In this document: piece by piece, positions 26,282-36,215 of the stretch
Numbering within the stretch: position 1 is the stretch's first letter
How the letters are laid out: every line of letters begins with the position of its first letter
From: Planctomycetota bacterium
Lineage (GTDB): Bacteria > Planctomycetota > Planctomycetia > Pirellulales > Thermoguttaceae
Length of the DNA stretch: 64,000 nt
NCBI GenBank assembly: GCA_029550925.1
Contig: JAKPGL010000016.1
Coordinates: 1,734-65,733, forward strand
Reading direction: 5' to 3'
Position numbers and translations under genes: made by a program
Notes under the pieces: generated by a model
Told to the model about the DNA's origin: nothing
The model's database searches: none
What the model saw: only the letters and a program-made list of their open reading frames with translations

Positions 26282-28144
26282 ATGGCGGATTTGATTGCTC
26301 AAGGCGTTGGGGCGGAGCATCGGTGGCGGCGTCCGTTGCCGCTGCGAGAGCCGATTGTGTTGGGCCGGTCGGCGGGCGAGTGGTCGGCGTCTTGGGACCT
26401 GCAGATTTCCCGCCGCCACGCCGAACTCCTTTGGGACGGGCGCCGCTTACAGGTCCGCAAATTACCGGAGGCCAAAAACCCGATCTTTTTCCACGGTCGG
26501 CCGACCTCGGAGTGTCGGCTGCTGCCGGAGGAGCATTTTGTGATCGGGCAGACCTCGTTTCTTTTGGTCGAGCAGCCTTGGATGGTGGAGAGGGATCTAC
26601 CGCCGCCGGAACATGAACATCAGTATAGTCTCCAGGACCTTGCCGCCGTCTCGTTTCGGAACCCGGACCGCCGAATCGAAGTCCTGAGTCGATTGCCCGA
26701 GGCGCTTTCCCAGGCCGTCAGCGATGAGGATATGTGTGTGCGTTTGGTCAGCATGCTTTTGGCCGGTTTGCCGCGGGCGGACACGGCAGCGGCGGCGGTC
26801 CTGGCGGCGCCGACGGAGCAGACCGCGACGTCTGTTTCTCGCTCCCCGTCTGCCGATTCCGCACAAGCGGAAGGGGTGGACCGTCCTATGGAAGAGTTCC
26901 CTCTATCGGGGGCGATTCGGGCGTTGTATTGGGATAGTCGGTTGGCTGGTTCCGCGCCGTTTCGCCCCAGTCAACGGTTGATTCGAGAGGCGGTGCTTCG
27001 GCGGCGGACTCTTTTGCACCTGTGGCGGGGCGGGGGGGAATCGGATCGGCTTTTTACGGACACGGGCCAATATGACTGGGCCTTTTGCACGCCGATCCTC
27101 CCGGAGGGCCTTCCCCCGTGGGTCATTTATTTGGCGGGGCGATTTGCGCCGGCTGCATATTCTGCTGAGGAAAGTCCTCCTTGGGAACTGCGCGAGGACA
27201 TCAAATTTACGGAATTGGCTGGGGCAATGGTGGGTTCCTTACGGCGGATGCGACGCCTGGAACGGCAACAGGCGATCCTCAGTCAGTTTTTCTCGCCTTT
27301 GGTGTTGAAGAATTTAGGCGGCGAGGCGCCGGATCGGCTTCTGGAGCCGCAAGAGACCGAGGCTTCGGTGCTTTTTTGCGATCTGCGAGGTTTTTCCCGG
27401 CGTTCGGAGCAGGAGTCGAAGAACCTGCGGGACCTTTTGGACCGGGTGAGCCAAGCCCTGGGCGTAATGACCCGCCATATTCTGGAAGAAGGCGGCGTGG
27501 TGGGCGATTATCAGGGGGATGCGGCGCTAGGGTTTTGGGGTTGGCCGGTGGTTTGGGACGATATGGTCGAGCGGACCTGCCGGGCCGCCCTGGCCATCCG
27601 ACAGCAGTTCCAAACAGCCGCTCAAAATCCGCAGAGTCCGTTGGCCGGTTTTCAAGTGGGGATTGGCATTGCCGCCGGTCGGGCGGTGGCGGGGAGGATC
27701 GGCCCACCGGAGCAGGCGAAAGTTACCGTGTTCGGCCCGGTGGTCAACTTGGCCGCCCGGTTGGAAAGCATGACGAAAATCTTCCATGCGCCGATTTTGC
27801 TCGATTCAGCCATGGCCGAGGCGGTGCGACGGAAGGTCCCGCCAGCCGTGGCTCGTGTTCGCCGGGTGGCGGTGGTTCGGCCCTACGGGATGGACAGCTC
27901 GCTGGAAATCGCCGAACTGCTTCCGCCAGCCGATCAATACCCACTGCTTTCCGACGACCAAATTCGCCTCTACGAAACGGGATTGGATGCATTTCTGGCT
28001 GGTCGATGGCAAGAGGCGTACCAATGTCTGCACCAGCTTCCGGCGGAAGACCAGGTGGCCGACTTTCTGACGGCGTTTATCACCCAACAGAACCGTCAGC
28101 CCCCGCCGCAATGGGACGGAGTGATCCCGATTCAGAGTAAATAG
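26282..28144 (+). CDS. FHA-domain protein fused to a class III adenylate/guanylate cyclase domain
   Basis: Internal ATG at 26282. The N-terminus is FHA-like (PIVLGRS..WDLQISRRHAELLWDG). The C-terminal cyclase core shows SVLFCDLRGFSRR, GDAALGFWGWP and VVNLAARLES. Confidence 0.8.
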   Translation: MADLIAQGVGAEHRWRRPLPLREPIVLGRSAGEWSASWDLQISRRHAELLWDGRRLQVRKLPEAKNPIFFHGRPTSECRLLPEEHFVIGQTSFLLVEQPWMVERDLPPPEHEHQYSLQDLAAVSFRNPDRRIEVLSRLPEALSQAVSDEDMCVRLVSMLLAGLPRADTAAAAVLAAPTEQTATSVSRSPSADSAQAEGVDRPMEEFPLSGAIRALYWDSRLAGSAPFRPSQRLIREAVLRRRTLLHLWRGGGESDRLFTDTGQYDWAFCTPILPEGLPPWVIYLAGRFAPAAYSAEESPPWELREDIKFTELAGAMVGSLRRMRRLERQQAILSQFFSPLVLKNLGGEAPDRLLEPQETEASVLFCDLRGFSRRSEQESKNLRDLLDRVSQALGVMTRHILEEGGVVGDYQGDAALGFWGWPVVWDDMVERTCRAALAIRQQFQTAAQNPQSPLAGFQVGIGIAAGRAVAGRIGPPEQAKVTVFGPVVNLAARLESMTKIFHAPILLDSAMAEAVRRKVPPAVARVRRVAVVRPYGMDSSLEIAELLPPADQYPLLSDDQIRLYETGLDAFLAGRWQEAYQCLHQLPAEDQVADFLTAFITQQNRQPPPQWDGVIPIQSK

Positions 28145-28231
28145 TCCAGAAGCGGGACGTATCTTCCACGGCGTCCGTACAGGGAGTTCTTCGAGGCTGG
28201 ATGAGAGGGGTTACCTTCCGAGCCTCCCGGC

Positions 28232-29047
28232 TCAGGCTACCTTGGGCAAAGAGGCCCTTGCGTCGGCTTCCAGAGAAATCGAAGAGGAGGGATCCGAAGT
28301 GGGCGTGCCGGGGAATCGGTTTCGGCAGGGGGAGTGGGTAACCACCTTTTCTCCGGGTTTTCGGACGCCGGAGAGGGCCCACTGTTCTGCTTCGGCGGTT
28401 TGTTGATTGAGCTGGGTTTCGAGAAGCAGGCGATACCGTTCCAACATGGTACGATCGGCGTTTGGGGGGACGTAGATTTCTTCGCTCAAGATAGCCCGGG
28501 CGCGAGAAAACGGACGGGGGACGGCAAACTGGTCCCAAGCCCGTTGGAACCGCCAGGGCCGATCATAACCGATTCCCACGAGCACCACCGGCATTTCCAA
28601 TCGGGAAGCTAGATAGACCGCCCCTGGGGCTAGATGGCGACGCGGTCCACGGGGACCGTCGGGGGTAATGCCGATGTGGTAGGATCGGCCAATCCGGAGG
28701 AGTCGGCACAGGGCCTCTGCTCCCCCCCGCTGGGTGGAACCGCGAATCGGTTCAAAGCCCATCAGTCGGCCAGCCTCGGCCAATATCTCGGCGTCTCGAT
28801 GCCGACTCAAAAGGATCGCAATATCACAATGGCCCCGAAGATAAAAAGGTAGCAGCAGGTATTCATGCCAAAATAGATAGATACGCCGGGGAAAAGGGCC
28901 GAAAGCGGGATCGACACTGGGATCGGTAATCAGGAGCTTATATTCCAGGCTGCCCATCCACCAGCGGACCCAGCCGGAAGCCAATAGCGCCCCCAGTTTC
29001 ATTAGCCAAGGGTGATCCAGTTTCACTCGGTTGCCTCCATGCGACAA
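28232..29047 (-). CDS. DUF374 / lysophospholipid acyltransferase-family protein
   Basis: 271 aa. Motifs FWHEYLLLP, LLSRHRDAEILA and ITPDGPRGPRR are typical of DUF374 proteins as I recall them. Confidence 0.65.
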   Translation of the reverse strand: MSHGGNRVKLDHPWLMKLGALLASGWVRWWMGSLEYKLLITDPSVDPAFGPFPRRIYLFWHEYLLLPFYLRGHCDIAILLSRHRDAEILAEAGRLMGFEPIRGSTQRGGAEALCRLLRIGRSYHIGITPDGPRGPRRHLAPGAVYLASRLEMPVVLVGIGYDRPWRFQRAWDQFAVPRPFSRARAILSEEIYVPPNADRTMLERYRLLLETQLNQQTAEAEQWALSGVRKPGEKVVTHSPCRNRFPGTPTSDPSSSISLEADARASLPKVA

Positions 29048-29195
29048 GGGGCAGTCAACCTACCCCTCTAATGAAGGGGTATTGGGAAGGATACGATTCC
29101 CCAAAGTCGAAAGGGATAAGCGGCCCATTCTTTCTTTTGTTGTCTATTTTGCCTATTTGATTTATATTGGCTATCTTGCCGCAACGTCTCCTTAT

Positions 29196-30074
29196 TCATT
29201 CTTCGTCGAGTAACCAGTCTTCCCCGGCTTTCCAAATGCCGCTGAAGACTTCAACGGCTGGGCCGGTAAGATACACATGAAGGTCCGTTTCCGACCAGAG
29301 CAGTTCTAGGTTGCCGCCTGGGAGATGGGCCAGTAGTTGTCGGTTGGTTCGGCCCGTAAGAACCCCGGCCACGCAGACGGCGCAAGCGCCGGTACCGCAG
29401 GCCAGAGTTGGGCCGCTACCGCGTTCCCAGACGCCCACTTTAACCTCTTGGGGCGAAAGGACTTGCACAAACTCTACATTGACCCGATTTGGGAACCGAG
29501 GATGGTGTTCGATTTTAGGCCCAAGGCCCAAGACCCACTCGTCGGAGAGTTGATCGACGAAGCACACACAATGGGGATTGCCCATAGAGACGCAGGTTAC
29601 GCGGAGAATGCGATCCTCCACGGGGAGTTCGACATCCACGACGGCCCCCCCATGCTGAGGGTTCCCGGGCAAGGTGGTAGGGATTTGAGCGGGCGTGAGG
29701 ATCGGCTCGCCCATATCGACCCGGACCCGCTCGACTCGATTATTGGAAACGTGCAGTTCCAAACTCAGAATGCCTCGGCCCGTTTCGATCCGAAGGGTGG
29801 GCTTTCGAGCGATTCCGTGATCGTAGAGGTATTTGGCCACGCAACGGACGCCATTGCCGCACATTTCGGCTTCGGAGCCGTCGGCGTTGAAAATGCGCAT
29901 CCGGGCGTCGGCCTTTTCCGATGGGCAGATCAGGATCAGGCCATCCGCGCCGACGCCAAAATGCCGATCCGAGACCAGGCGGGCCAGTTCGGCGGGGTCT
30001 TCCGGGATCGGCTCCTGAAAACAATTGACAAAAATATAATCATTACCTGCCCCGTGCATTTTGGTGAACCGCAT
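29196..30074 (-). CDS. dapF: Diaminopimelate epimerase
   Basis: 292 aa starting [17 protein letters not shown]. Catalytic Cys regions are MCGNGVRC and ACGTGACA. Confidence 0.9.
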   Translation of the reverse strand: MRFTKMHGAGNDYIFVNCFQEPIPEDPAELARLVSDRHFGVGADGLILICPSEKADARMRIFNADGSEAEMCGNGVRCVAKYLYDHGIARKPTLRIETGRGILSLELHVSNNRVERVRVDMGEPILTPAQIPTTLPGNPQHGGAVVDVELPVEDRILRVTCVSMGNPHCVCFVDQLSDEWVLGLGPKIEHHPRFPNRVNVEFVQVLSPQEVKVGVWERGSGPTLACGTGACAVCVAGVLTGRTNRQLLAHLPGGNLELLWSETDLHVYLTGPAVEVFSGIWKAGEDWLLDEE

Positions 30075-30517
30075 GGTAATCTCTCCCCAACAGGTCCCTT
30101 CTTATCCCAAGTAGAGCCAATTGGGAAACCGGAACCTCTCTTATTCTTATTCCTCCGCATCCGCTCGTCCAGCAACCCCGGCGATTCATTATAGATCGCT
30201 CCATTACTGAAAATCAGAGAAAAGGATCGTGAACATCGGATTGGGGGGCCGATGTTTGGTCCTTTTGCTTTCTGCGCGCAGACCGATCCCTCTTGCCACG
30301 AAGTGAATTCTTCGTTCGATGAGCCGGGAGGGCCTTTTCTGAGTCGTTTGGAGTAAGAATTTGTACAATAGAGAACGGGGGGAAGCCATGTTTTTCGGTT
30401 CCCCAGTGCAGAAAGAGAGCGCAAAAGCTCCCCTTGGGGAACGCAAACTCCCCACCGACGGCCTTGCCAACGAAGGCCGACAGATAGGACAGGTTTCGGG
30501 CGGGGCGGGGTTAGAGA

Positions 30518-30820
30518 CTATCCGCGCTCACGTCGTCCGAACCGACCCCCTCCAGACCCACCGCCGTGAGGCTTTCGGGTTTCGGCCTCGTTGACGCGGA
30601 TTCTCCGGCCGTCCAGTTCAGCGCCGTCCATCTCCGCAATAGCTCGGTCTGCATCTTCGGCTTGAGCGAAGGTAACAAAGCCGAAACCACGAGACCGGCC
30701 GGTATCCCGATCCACAATCACCCTGGCTTCGAGGACTTCACCGAACGCCTCGAACGCCCGGCGCAGGCTGTCGTCGTTGGTATTCCAACTTAGACCGCCG
30801 GCAAACAACTTCTTAGACAT
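30518..30820 (-). CDS. RRM-type RNA-binding protein with a Gly/Arg-rich tail
   Basis: 100 aa. RNP2 is KLFAGGL and RNP1 is RGFGFVTF. The tail is HGGGSGGGRFGRRERG. Confidence 0.85.
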   Translation of the reverse strand: MSKKLFAGGLSWNTNDDSLRRAFEAFGEVLEARVIVDRDTGRSRGFGFVTFAQAEDADRAIAEMDGAELDGRRIRVNEAETRKPHGGGSGGGRFGRRERG

Positions 30821-31018
30821 CGCAACATCTCACTTGAGAAAACCCCGCCGCCATCAAGCGGCAACAAACATACACAAGCACAGGAGAGGTCGAAAGCTGA
30901 GCCCGTCCCGGTGCAGCCGACGGCGCCAATGCCATCGCCTCTAGTAGCATACCATGAATTGGCCTGAATACAAGCCCAGACAACCCGGAATTCTTGCGAT
31001 TCTCCTCCGATCGGCTTC

Positions 31019-32563
31019 CTAGGCGCCTTTTTTACCGTAACGATCCAACACGTCTTGGAGGATGAAATTGGGCGGCAGGCGGGGTTCGCCGATGCGGCCA
31101 AGAACTTTTCTATACCGTTCGATCATTTCGACCAATTCTTCGCCGGTGGTGCGGTCGTCGAGCAATTTCGGATGGGCGTCGAGGACCTTGCGCCAGGCGG
31201 CCATGCCTTTTTCGTAATTTTCTCGGGCCTGGGGCAGATCGAGTTCTTGTTGGTCCGCCTGATAGATATACTGATGGGCCTGGAGCGTGAGGGGGTCTTG
31301 TTCCACCTGGCAACGGAGTCGCCAATACTCGAAGTTGACGATTTGGCGGTAACGGTCGATATAGTCGGCCATTTGCTCGGCCAAGGCGGCCTTGGAGGCA
31401 TGGTCCCGGGCAACAGCACCTTTCGGGCCGGTAATGCGTTGGGCAAGTTCTTGATGGGTGACGGCGAGTTTACGTTGGGCGGCCTTGGCCAGTTCATATT
31501 CTTGCGGGGTGCGCTGGGCGGGCGGAGTTTCCAAGGCGGCGCGTTCTCGTTTGGTCAGGGCGGCCCGCTTTTCTTCCTCCAATTGTTGGCGGAGTCCTGG
31601 GGCCAACGCCTCGATGGCTTTGATGTGGTTTTGGGCCTCCTCCAGGTAATGTTCTTTATCGTTCAGATGGATGAAAAGGGTTTCCCCGGTGCGCGGGTCG
31701 CGAAAAGTGGTTTCGATTTTTAAGTTGCCATACTCTTTCCATTCTGCGTCCGCCCGCCGCCACGCCTCCAGGGCCACTTCGCCGAAACTGCCCTCGCTGA
31801 CAATGGCGTCGGCGTAGTTGATCTGGCATTTGGGGGCGTCGGAATGGAACAGCAACGGACTCTTGCCTTTCATCTTGTGTCCGGCCGCATCCAATCGCTC
31901 CGCCGCCAAAAAACAGCGTTTCCCGCACAGCCAGTTATCACGCGTCGGGTCCCGCAGGTCCACAGGCAACGAATCATGAAAATCGTCGTCTTGGCGAAAC
32001 AGACGGCGGAACTGCGTTTTTTCATCGGCCCGGCCGATCTTGTGTCCCGTAAACCAACCTTCATCCCAGAGCAAGCGGGGTTCGTATTGGTTGTAGTTGA
32101 TCCCTTCCCGAAGATAGTGGATACCTTTGATGACCCAGCGGTATCGGTCTCGGTAATCGTCGAATTCGACCGAGCAATTGTAGGCCACATTCCATGCTTG
32201 GAATTGCCAGACCGAGATAAAACGAGGCTGCAACTTGGCCAATTGCTGCAACGTGGCCGACAGGCCGGTCCAATCTTTCTTCATTTTGCACTCATTGGCC
32301 CGTTCCCACAGCAGCAGGACGGCCACGCCGCGAAGTCCCAGGGTGGCCAACTTGATGGTTTCTCCGGCGGCGTCGATTTCGCCCAAATTCGCTTCGGTCA
32401 GGCCGTAGTCGGCCCGAAACCGGGCCAGTGCGCCGCCCGGCGAAATCTGCCCGCTGGCGTCCCGTGTGGAAGGGGCGCCTAGGCCATACAGTAAAAGGAT
32501 ACATATACATATACCCACACCATAGCCGATCTTCCAATACAACGCCCGTTCTCGATGGGTCAT
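31019..32563 (-). CDS. Membrane-anchored conserved hypothetical protein (helical repeat-like)
   Basis: 514 aa with one N-terminal TM (YWKIGYGVGICICILLLYGL). It has the same orientation as the ABC pair and lies 119 nt downstream of it. No domain recognised. Confidence 0.6.
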   Translation of the reverse strand: MTHRERALYWKIGYGVGICICILLLYGLGAPSTRDASGQISPGGALARFRADYGLTEANLGEIDAAGETIKLATLGLRGVAVLLLWERANECKMKKDWTGLSATLQQLAKLQPRFISVWQFQAWNVAYNCSVEFDDYRDRYRWVIKGIHYLREGINYNQYEPRLLWDEGWFTGHKIGRADEKTQFRRLFRQDDDFHDSLPVDLRDPTRDNWLCGKRCFLAAERLDAAGHKMKGKSPLLFHSDAPKCQINYADAIVSEGSFGEVALEAWRRADAEWKEYGNLKIETTFRDPRTGETLFIHLNDKEHYLEEAQNHIKAIEALAPGLRQQLEEEKRAALTKRERAALETPPAQRTPQEYELAKAAQRKLAVTHQELAQRITGPKGAVARDHASKAALAEQMADYIDRYRQIVNFEYWRLRCQVEQDPLTLQAHQYIYQADQQELDLPQARENYEKGMAAWRKVLDAHPKLLDDRTTGEELVEMIERYRKVLGRIGEPRLPPNFILQDVLDRYGKKGA

Positions 32564-32682
32564 CCGGGAAACCCTCCACTCGGAGATTGTTTATCGGAAT
32601 GCTTCTTCCTTTTTCTGGACTCGTTACGCCCTGGCGGGCGAGCAGAACCCTCGCCCCGACGTCCAAGACTCTTTTCGCAGGC

Positions 32683-34878
32683 TCACTGGGCCAATTCCTG
32701 GCTTTTCAAAAATCCGTATCCTAACACAAACACAGGCAACAAAAACGCCAATGCATTGGCCGTATTGGCCAACACCATGGCCGCCGGGAAATCAAATCCG
32801 TCGGCTACGAAGCTAGAGCAGTCGAAATCGCCGAATCGAGGAAGCATTTTGGACATGACCCATAGCGGTCCGCTGGCCAGTTGGTCGAGCATTTTGGCCG
32901 CCGTGGTCCGCGGGCTGGGTTCCAGTTCGGAGATGACGTTCTCCTGGGTTACTAGGCGGATCAGGGATTCGACCGGGCCGCCGCCGTAGGTTTTGCCGAC
33001 GGCCAGCCGATACATGAAATCCCCGAAAAATCCGAGGACCAAAACGCCGCCCGTGGCCACCATGGCAACCGGGCCGCTCAAAAAGGTGCTCAGCGCCACT
33101 CCTAGTCCAACAACCAAAAGCACCTGGAGTCCGATGCCCAGATACCCCTTGAAGAAATTGCCGACAAACGAGGCGTCGCCAGCCCGAAGATACAGGTCGG
33201 CCTGCGAGACGCCAAAAAACTGGGCGCGATCTAGGCACTTCAGACCGATCTCCAATCGCCCCCGGTCATCCACAAAATGCTCGAACAAGTCTTTGCCTTT
33301 GATCTGCCGAGGAATCCAGTGGGAGTCGATCTGGAATTCCTTGGCCGAAAACGTAAAAACCTCTACAAAACTCCTAGTGGTCCGGTCCCGGAGGAGGAGA
33401 CTTCCCCGGATGGGTTGTTCAATCTCGCCTTTCCAGCTTCGGAACACGCCCAGGGTCATTTCTACCAGCACCCCTTCCGGAAACCGTTCAGGTCGAATGT
33501 CCTCAAAGGTCCAGATGGCGGCGGCATTGGTGTCGCCTTCGATGTAACTACGGTACTCCCATTCTTCGCCGACATTGATGCCTTTGTCCGTGGGACGGCC
33601 TTGGCGGTCCAAAAATTGCAATTTGCCGTACTGCGGCACGCGGGCGATCAGATTGCCTTCCGGCGGGCCGACTTCCAACGAACCGTCTTCCCTCGGAAAG
33701 ACCCGATGGGTATGCCCCTGTTCCATCGCCAGCCAAAAAGTCCCCGGCGGCGTTTGCCCTTGCGGGGTAGAAGAAGCAGAGTCTGCCGGTTTCCATAGAA
33801 TGGCGTGACGATGGTTGTGGACCATGGTGGTCATCACGCCAAACTCTTTGGTGGGGCCGGTCTGCGCTTGTTTGACGGCTTCGGCGGCCATTTCGGCGGT
33901 GATTTCATGCCGATGGGACAGCCCTCGAATGACAAACACATAACTGATCACTCCCATCACCGCCAACAGGCCCGCAGCGACCAGAAAAAAACCTAAAACC
34001 CGGCCTAGAACAATTTCGCCGGCCCGGACCGGTTTGGTTACCACCGTGTGGATCGTTTTCGTGCGGATGTCCGTCGGCAAGCTGAATGTGCTCAAAAAAA
34101 GCATCAGCGGAAGCATCAGATAGCCGGTCGTGGTGAGCACAAAGTGCAGGTAAAGCCGGGTGGGGTTCACACTGCCCGGGTCCAAATACCAACCGGCAAA
34201 AAGCATCAGAAGCAAAAACAGCACAAACCCAATCACAATCCGTCGGCGCACCGCCTCCTGGATCGCCAGCCGAGCCAACGCCCACACCCGCCGGGGAGAA
34301 AGTCGAAACACATCCTCGGCCAATTCGGTAATCGTCCGATCGACCACTTTCAGCGCCGGCAGAGGACCATGTCGAATGACCGCCGCCAAAAGCCCTACCA
34401 GCACCACACCCCAAGTAACCACCGACACCATCCCTAGCCATTGGTAAAATGTCCCTTCCTGCCAGCCGGGGCCGAACAAGAAATCCCCCGCTCGGAGTAA
34501 GGCTTTGGAGAACGAAACGCCCTCAGCAGAATCGGCCTGAGCAGAATCCTTCGGGGACGAAGCCGACGACTCCGTCGCCTCCTTGGCCGATGAACTGCTT
34601 GCCGATGGGGATAACAGGAATATCCCCATCAGCAGGATGACCAGAAGGGCAACACCCAGGGTTCCATAGCCTACGATTCGGCCCAAGGATCGGCTCTGCC
34701 GAGGGGTCAGGGGCAAACTCCACCGGACCCATCCGGAACCCACCAACACCACCAACGCCAAACCTGCCAGCACCAACACCCCCAGCAGATACAGCAGCCA
34801 AGGGAAAAGTATCCCGTCGTGCCATCCCGGCCCCAACAGCCACCCCCAAAAATCCGCAATATATCGTTCGACGATCAT
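32683..34878 (-). CDS. Large ABC-2-type transporter permease with an extracytoplasmic insert
   Basis: 731 aa with multiple hydrophobic segments. It starts 3 nt after the ATPase stop. A roughly 250-aa soluble insert carries His clusters (MVHNHRHAILW, MEQGHTHRVF). Confidence 0.7.
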   Translation of the reverse strand: MIVERYIADFWGWLLGPGWHDGILFPWLLYLLGVLVLAGLALVVLVGSGWVRWSLPLTPRQSRSLGRIVGYGTLGVALLVILLMGIFLLSPSASSSSAKEATESSASSPKDSAQADSAEGVSFSKALLRAGDFLFGPGWQEGTFYQWLGMVSVVTWGVVLVGLLAAVIRHGPLPALKVVDRTITELAEDVFRLSPRRVWALARLAIQEAVRRRIVIGFVLFLLLMLFAGWYLDPGSVNPTRLYLHFVLTTTGYLMLPLMLFLSTFSLPTDIRTKTIHTVVTKPVRAGEIVLGRVLGFFLVAAGLLAVMGVISYVFVIRGLSHRHEITAEMAAEAVKQAQTGPTKEFGVMTTMVHNHRHAILWKPADSASSTPQGQTPPGTFWLAMEQGHTHRVFPREDGSLEVGPPEGNLIARVPQYGKLQFLDRQGRPTDKGINVGEEWEYRSYIEGDTNAAAIWTFEDIRPERFPEGVLVEMTLGVFRSWKGEIEQPIRGSLLLRDRTTRSFVEVFTFSAKEFQIDSHWIPRQIKGKDLFEHFVDDRGRLEIGLKCLDRAQFFGVSQADLYLRAGDASFVGNFFKGYLGIGLQVLLVVGLGVALSTFLSGPVAMVATGGVLVLGFFGDFMYRLAVGKTYGGGPVESLIRLVTQENVISELEPSPRTTAAKMLDQLASGPLWVMSKMLPRFGDFDCSSFVADGFDFPAAMVLANTANALAFLLPVFVLGYGFLKSQELAQ

Positions 34879-34881
34879 GGG

Positions 34882-35895
34882 CTAGTTTTCCCTCTGGATG
34901 TTCGGCTTCTCCCCAGATTGCGACGAAGAGGAACGGGGGCCTGAACCAGTAGAAGAAGGCCCCGTCGCTTGCGAACCGGACGCCGCCGGAATGGTCCGAG
35001 GAGGTTCTGCTTCCAAGACGCCCCGGACCCGTCGGCCCGGATGGGCCTCGCTTTCCCGAATGATCCGCACAAAGAGCTTTTCCAACGTGGTGGTTGGATT
35101 GCCGCAAAAATGCACCTTGCCGCCCAACCGCTCCACCACGGCGCAAACCTCACGCTCGGCCTCAGGACTAAGCCCAGAGCATTGGATTTCGGTCATTTCT
35201 CGAACTTTCAGCAGGTCGCTCACCCGCCCCAATTCCTTCAGCTCCCCCTGGTGCAAAATGCCGACCCGGTCGCAGACATCCTGTACGTCGTCCAACTGAT
35301 GGCTGCACATGAGGATGGTTTTCCCCTGGTCCCGCAGTTTGAGTAGAAGGTCTTTCATCCAGCGGGTTCCCATGGGGTCCAGCCCGGTGGTGGGTTCATC
35401 CAGCAGGAGCAATTCAGGGTCGTTGATCAGGGCCTGCGCCAGTCCGATCCGCCGGGTCATCCCTTTGGAATACTCCCGCAATTGGCGGCGTTTGGCCCAG
35501 CCTAGCTCTACCATCTCGATCAGCTCGGCCGCCCGTTGCCGACGCAGCATCGCCGGCATATTGAAAAGCCGACCATAAAAATCCAACGTTTCCTCGGCCG
35601 TCAGAAATCGGTAGAGGTACGATTCCTCCGGTAAATAGCCGATCCGTTCGTTTTTTGTTACCTCTCGGGCGTCCTGGCCGAACACCAACACCTCGCCGCT
35701 GGTGGGAAAGATCAGGCCCAAGATCAGCTTGATGGTGGTCGTTTTGCCCGAACCGTTCGGGCCTAACAGCCCGAATATCTCGCCCCGGCGAATCTGAAGG
35801 TCCAGGGCCTTCAAAGCCCGCACCTTCTCCCGGCCCCAAAAATCCCGATAGACCTTGGTTAAATTACGGGTTTCGATGACAATGTCTGAGTCCAT
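34882..35895 (-). CDS. ABC transporter ATP-binding protein
   Basis: Walker A is GPNGSGKTT and Walker B is [12 protein letters not shown]. An H-loop is present (MCSHQL). There is a roughly 90-aa Pro/Ser-rich C-terminal tail. Confidence 0.9.
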   Translation of the reverse strand: MDSDIVIETRNLTKVYRDFWGREKVRALKALDLQIRRGEIFGLLGPNGSGKTTTIKLILGLIFPTSGEVLVFGQDAREVTKNERIGYLPEESYLYRFLTAEETLDFYGRLFNMPAMLRRQRAAELIEMVELGWAKRRQLREYSKGMTRRIGLAQALINDPELLLLDEPTTGLDPMGTRWMKDLLLKLRDQGKTILMCSHQLDDVQDVCDRVGILHQGELKELGRVSDLLKVREMTEIQCSGLSPEAEREVCAVVERLGGKVHFCGNPTTTLEKLFVRIIRESEAHPGRRVRGVLEAEPPRTIPAASGSQATGPSSTGSGPRSSSSQSGEKPNIQREN

Positions 35896-36215
35896 AGTAT
35901 CCCCTTTGGGCCAACCTAGGCTTCAATACAATGGATACGAACCGCTGTGCCAGGTGGTTCATCAAGTACCCCGTTGAAGATTCCTCTGATTCTAATAGGA
36001 GAAAGTCTCCTACAACATGCCCCTCCTGCCAAAAGAAGTCGGAAAAGTTCTTATTGTAAGGGATTGGTATTCCAAGCGAGGAAATCTGTAAAACGCTTCA
36101 GACCATTTCTGTTGGGGTTTTTTCGCCAAAGTACCCCAATGAGCAGGAGAGACACTGCCAACATCCCCTATAATGGGTTGTATTATACTCCGTCATTCAG
36201 GGAGATATACTGCGG

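Noticed and set aside
27181-28140. A 319-aa same-strand alternative-frame ORF inside the FHA-cyclase gene, rich in RG/GR.
   Set aside because: The other frame carries the clear cyclase motifs. The composition of this frame (Gly/Arg/Pro runs) is a frame artefact.
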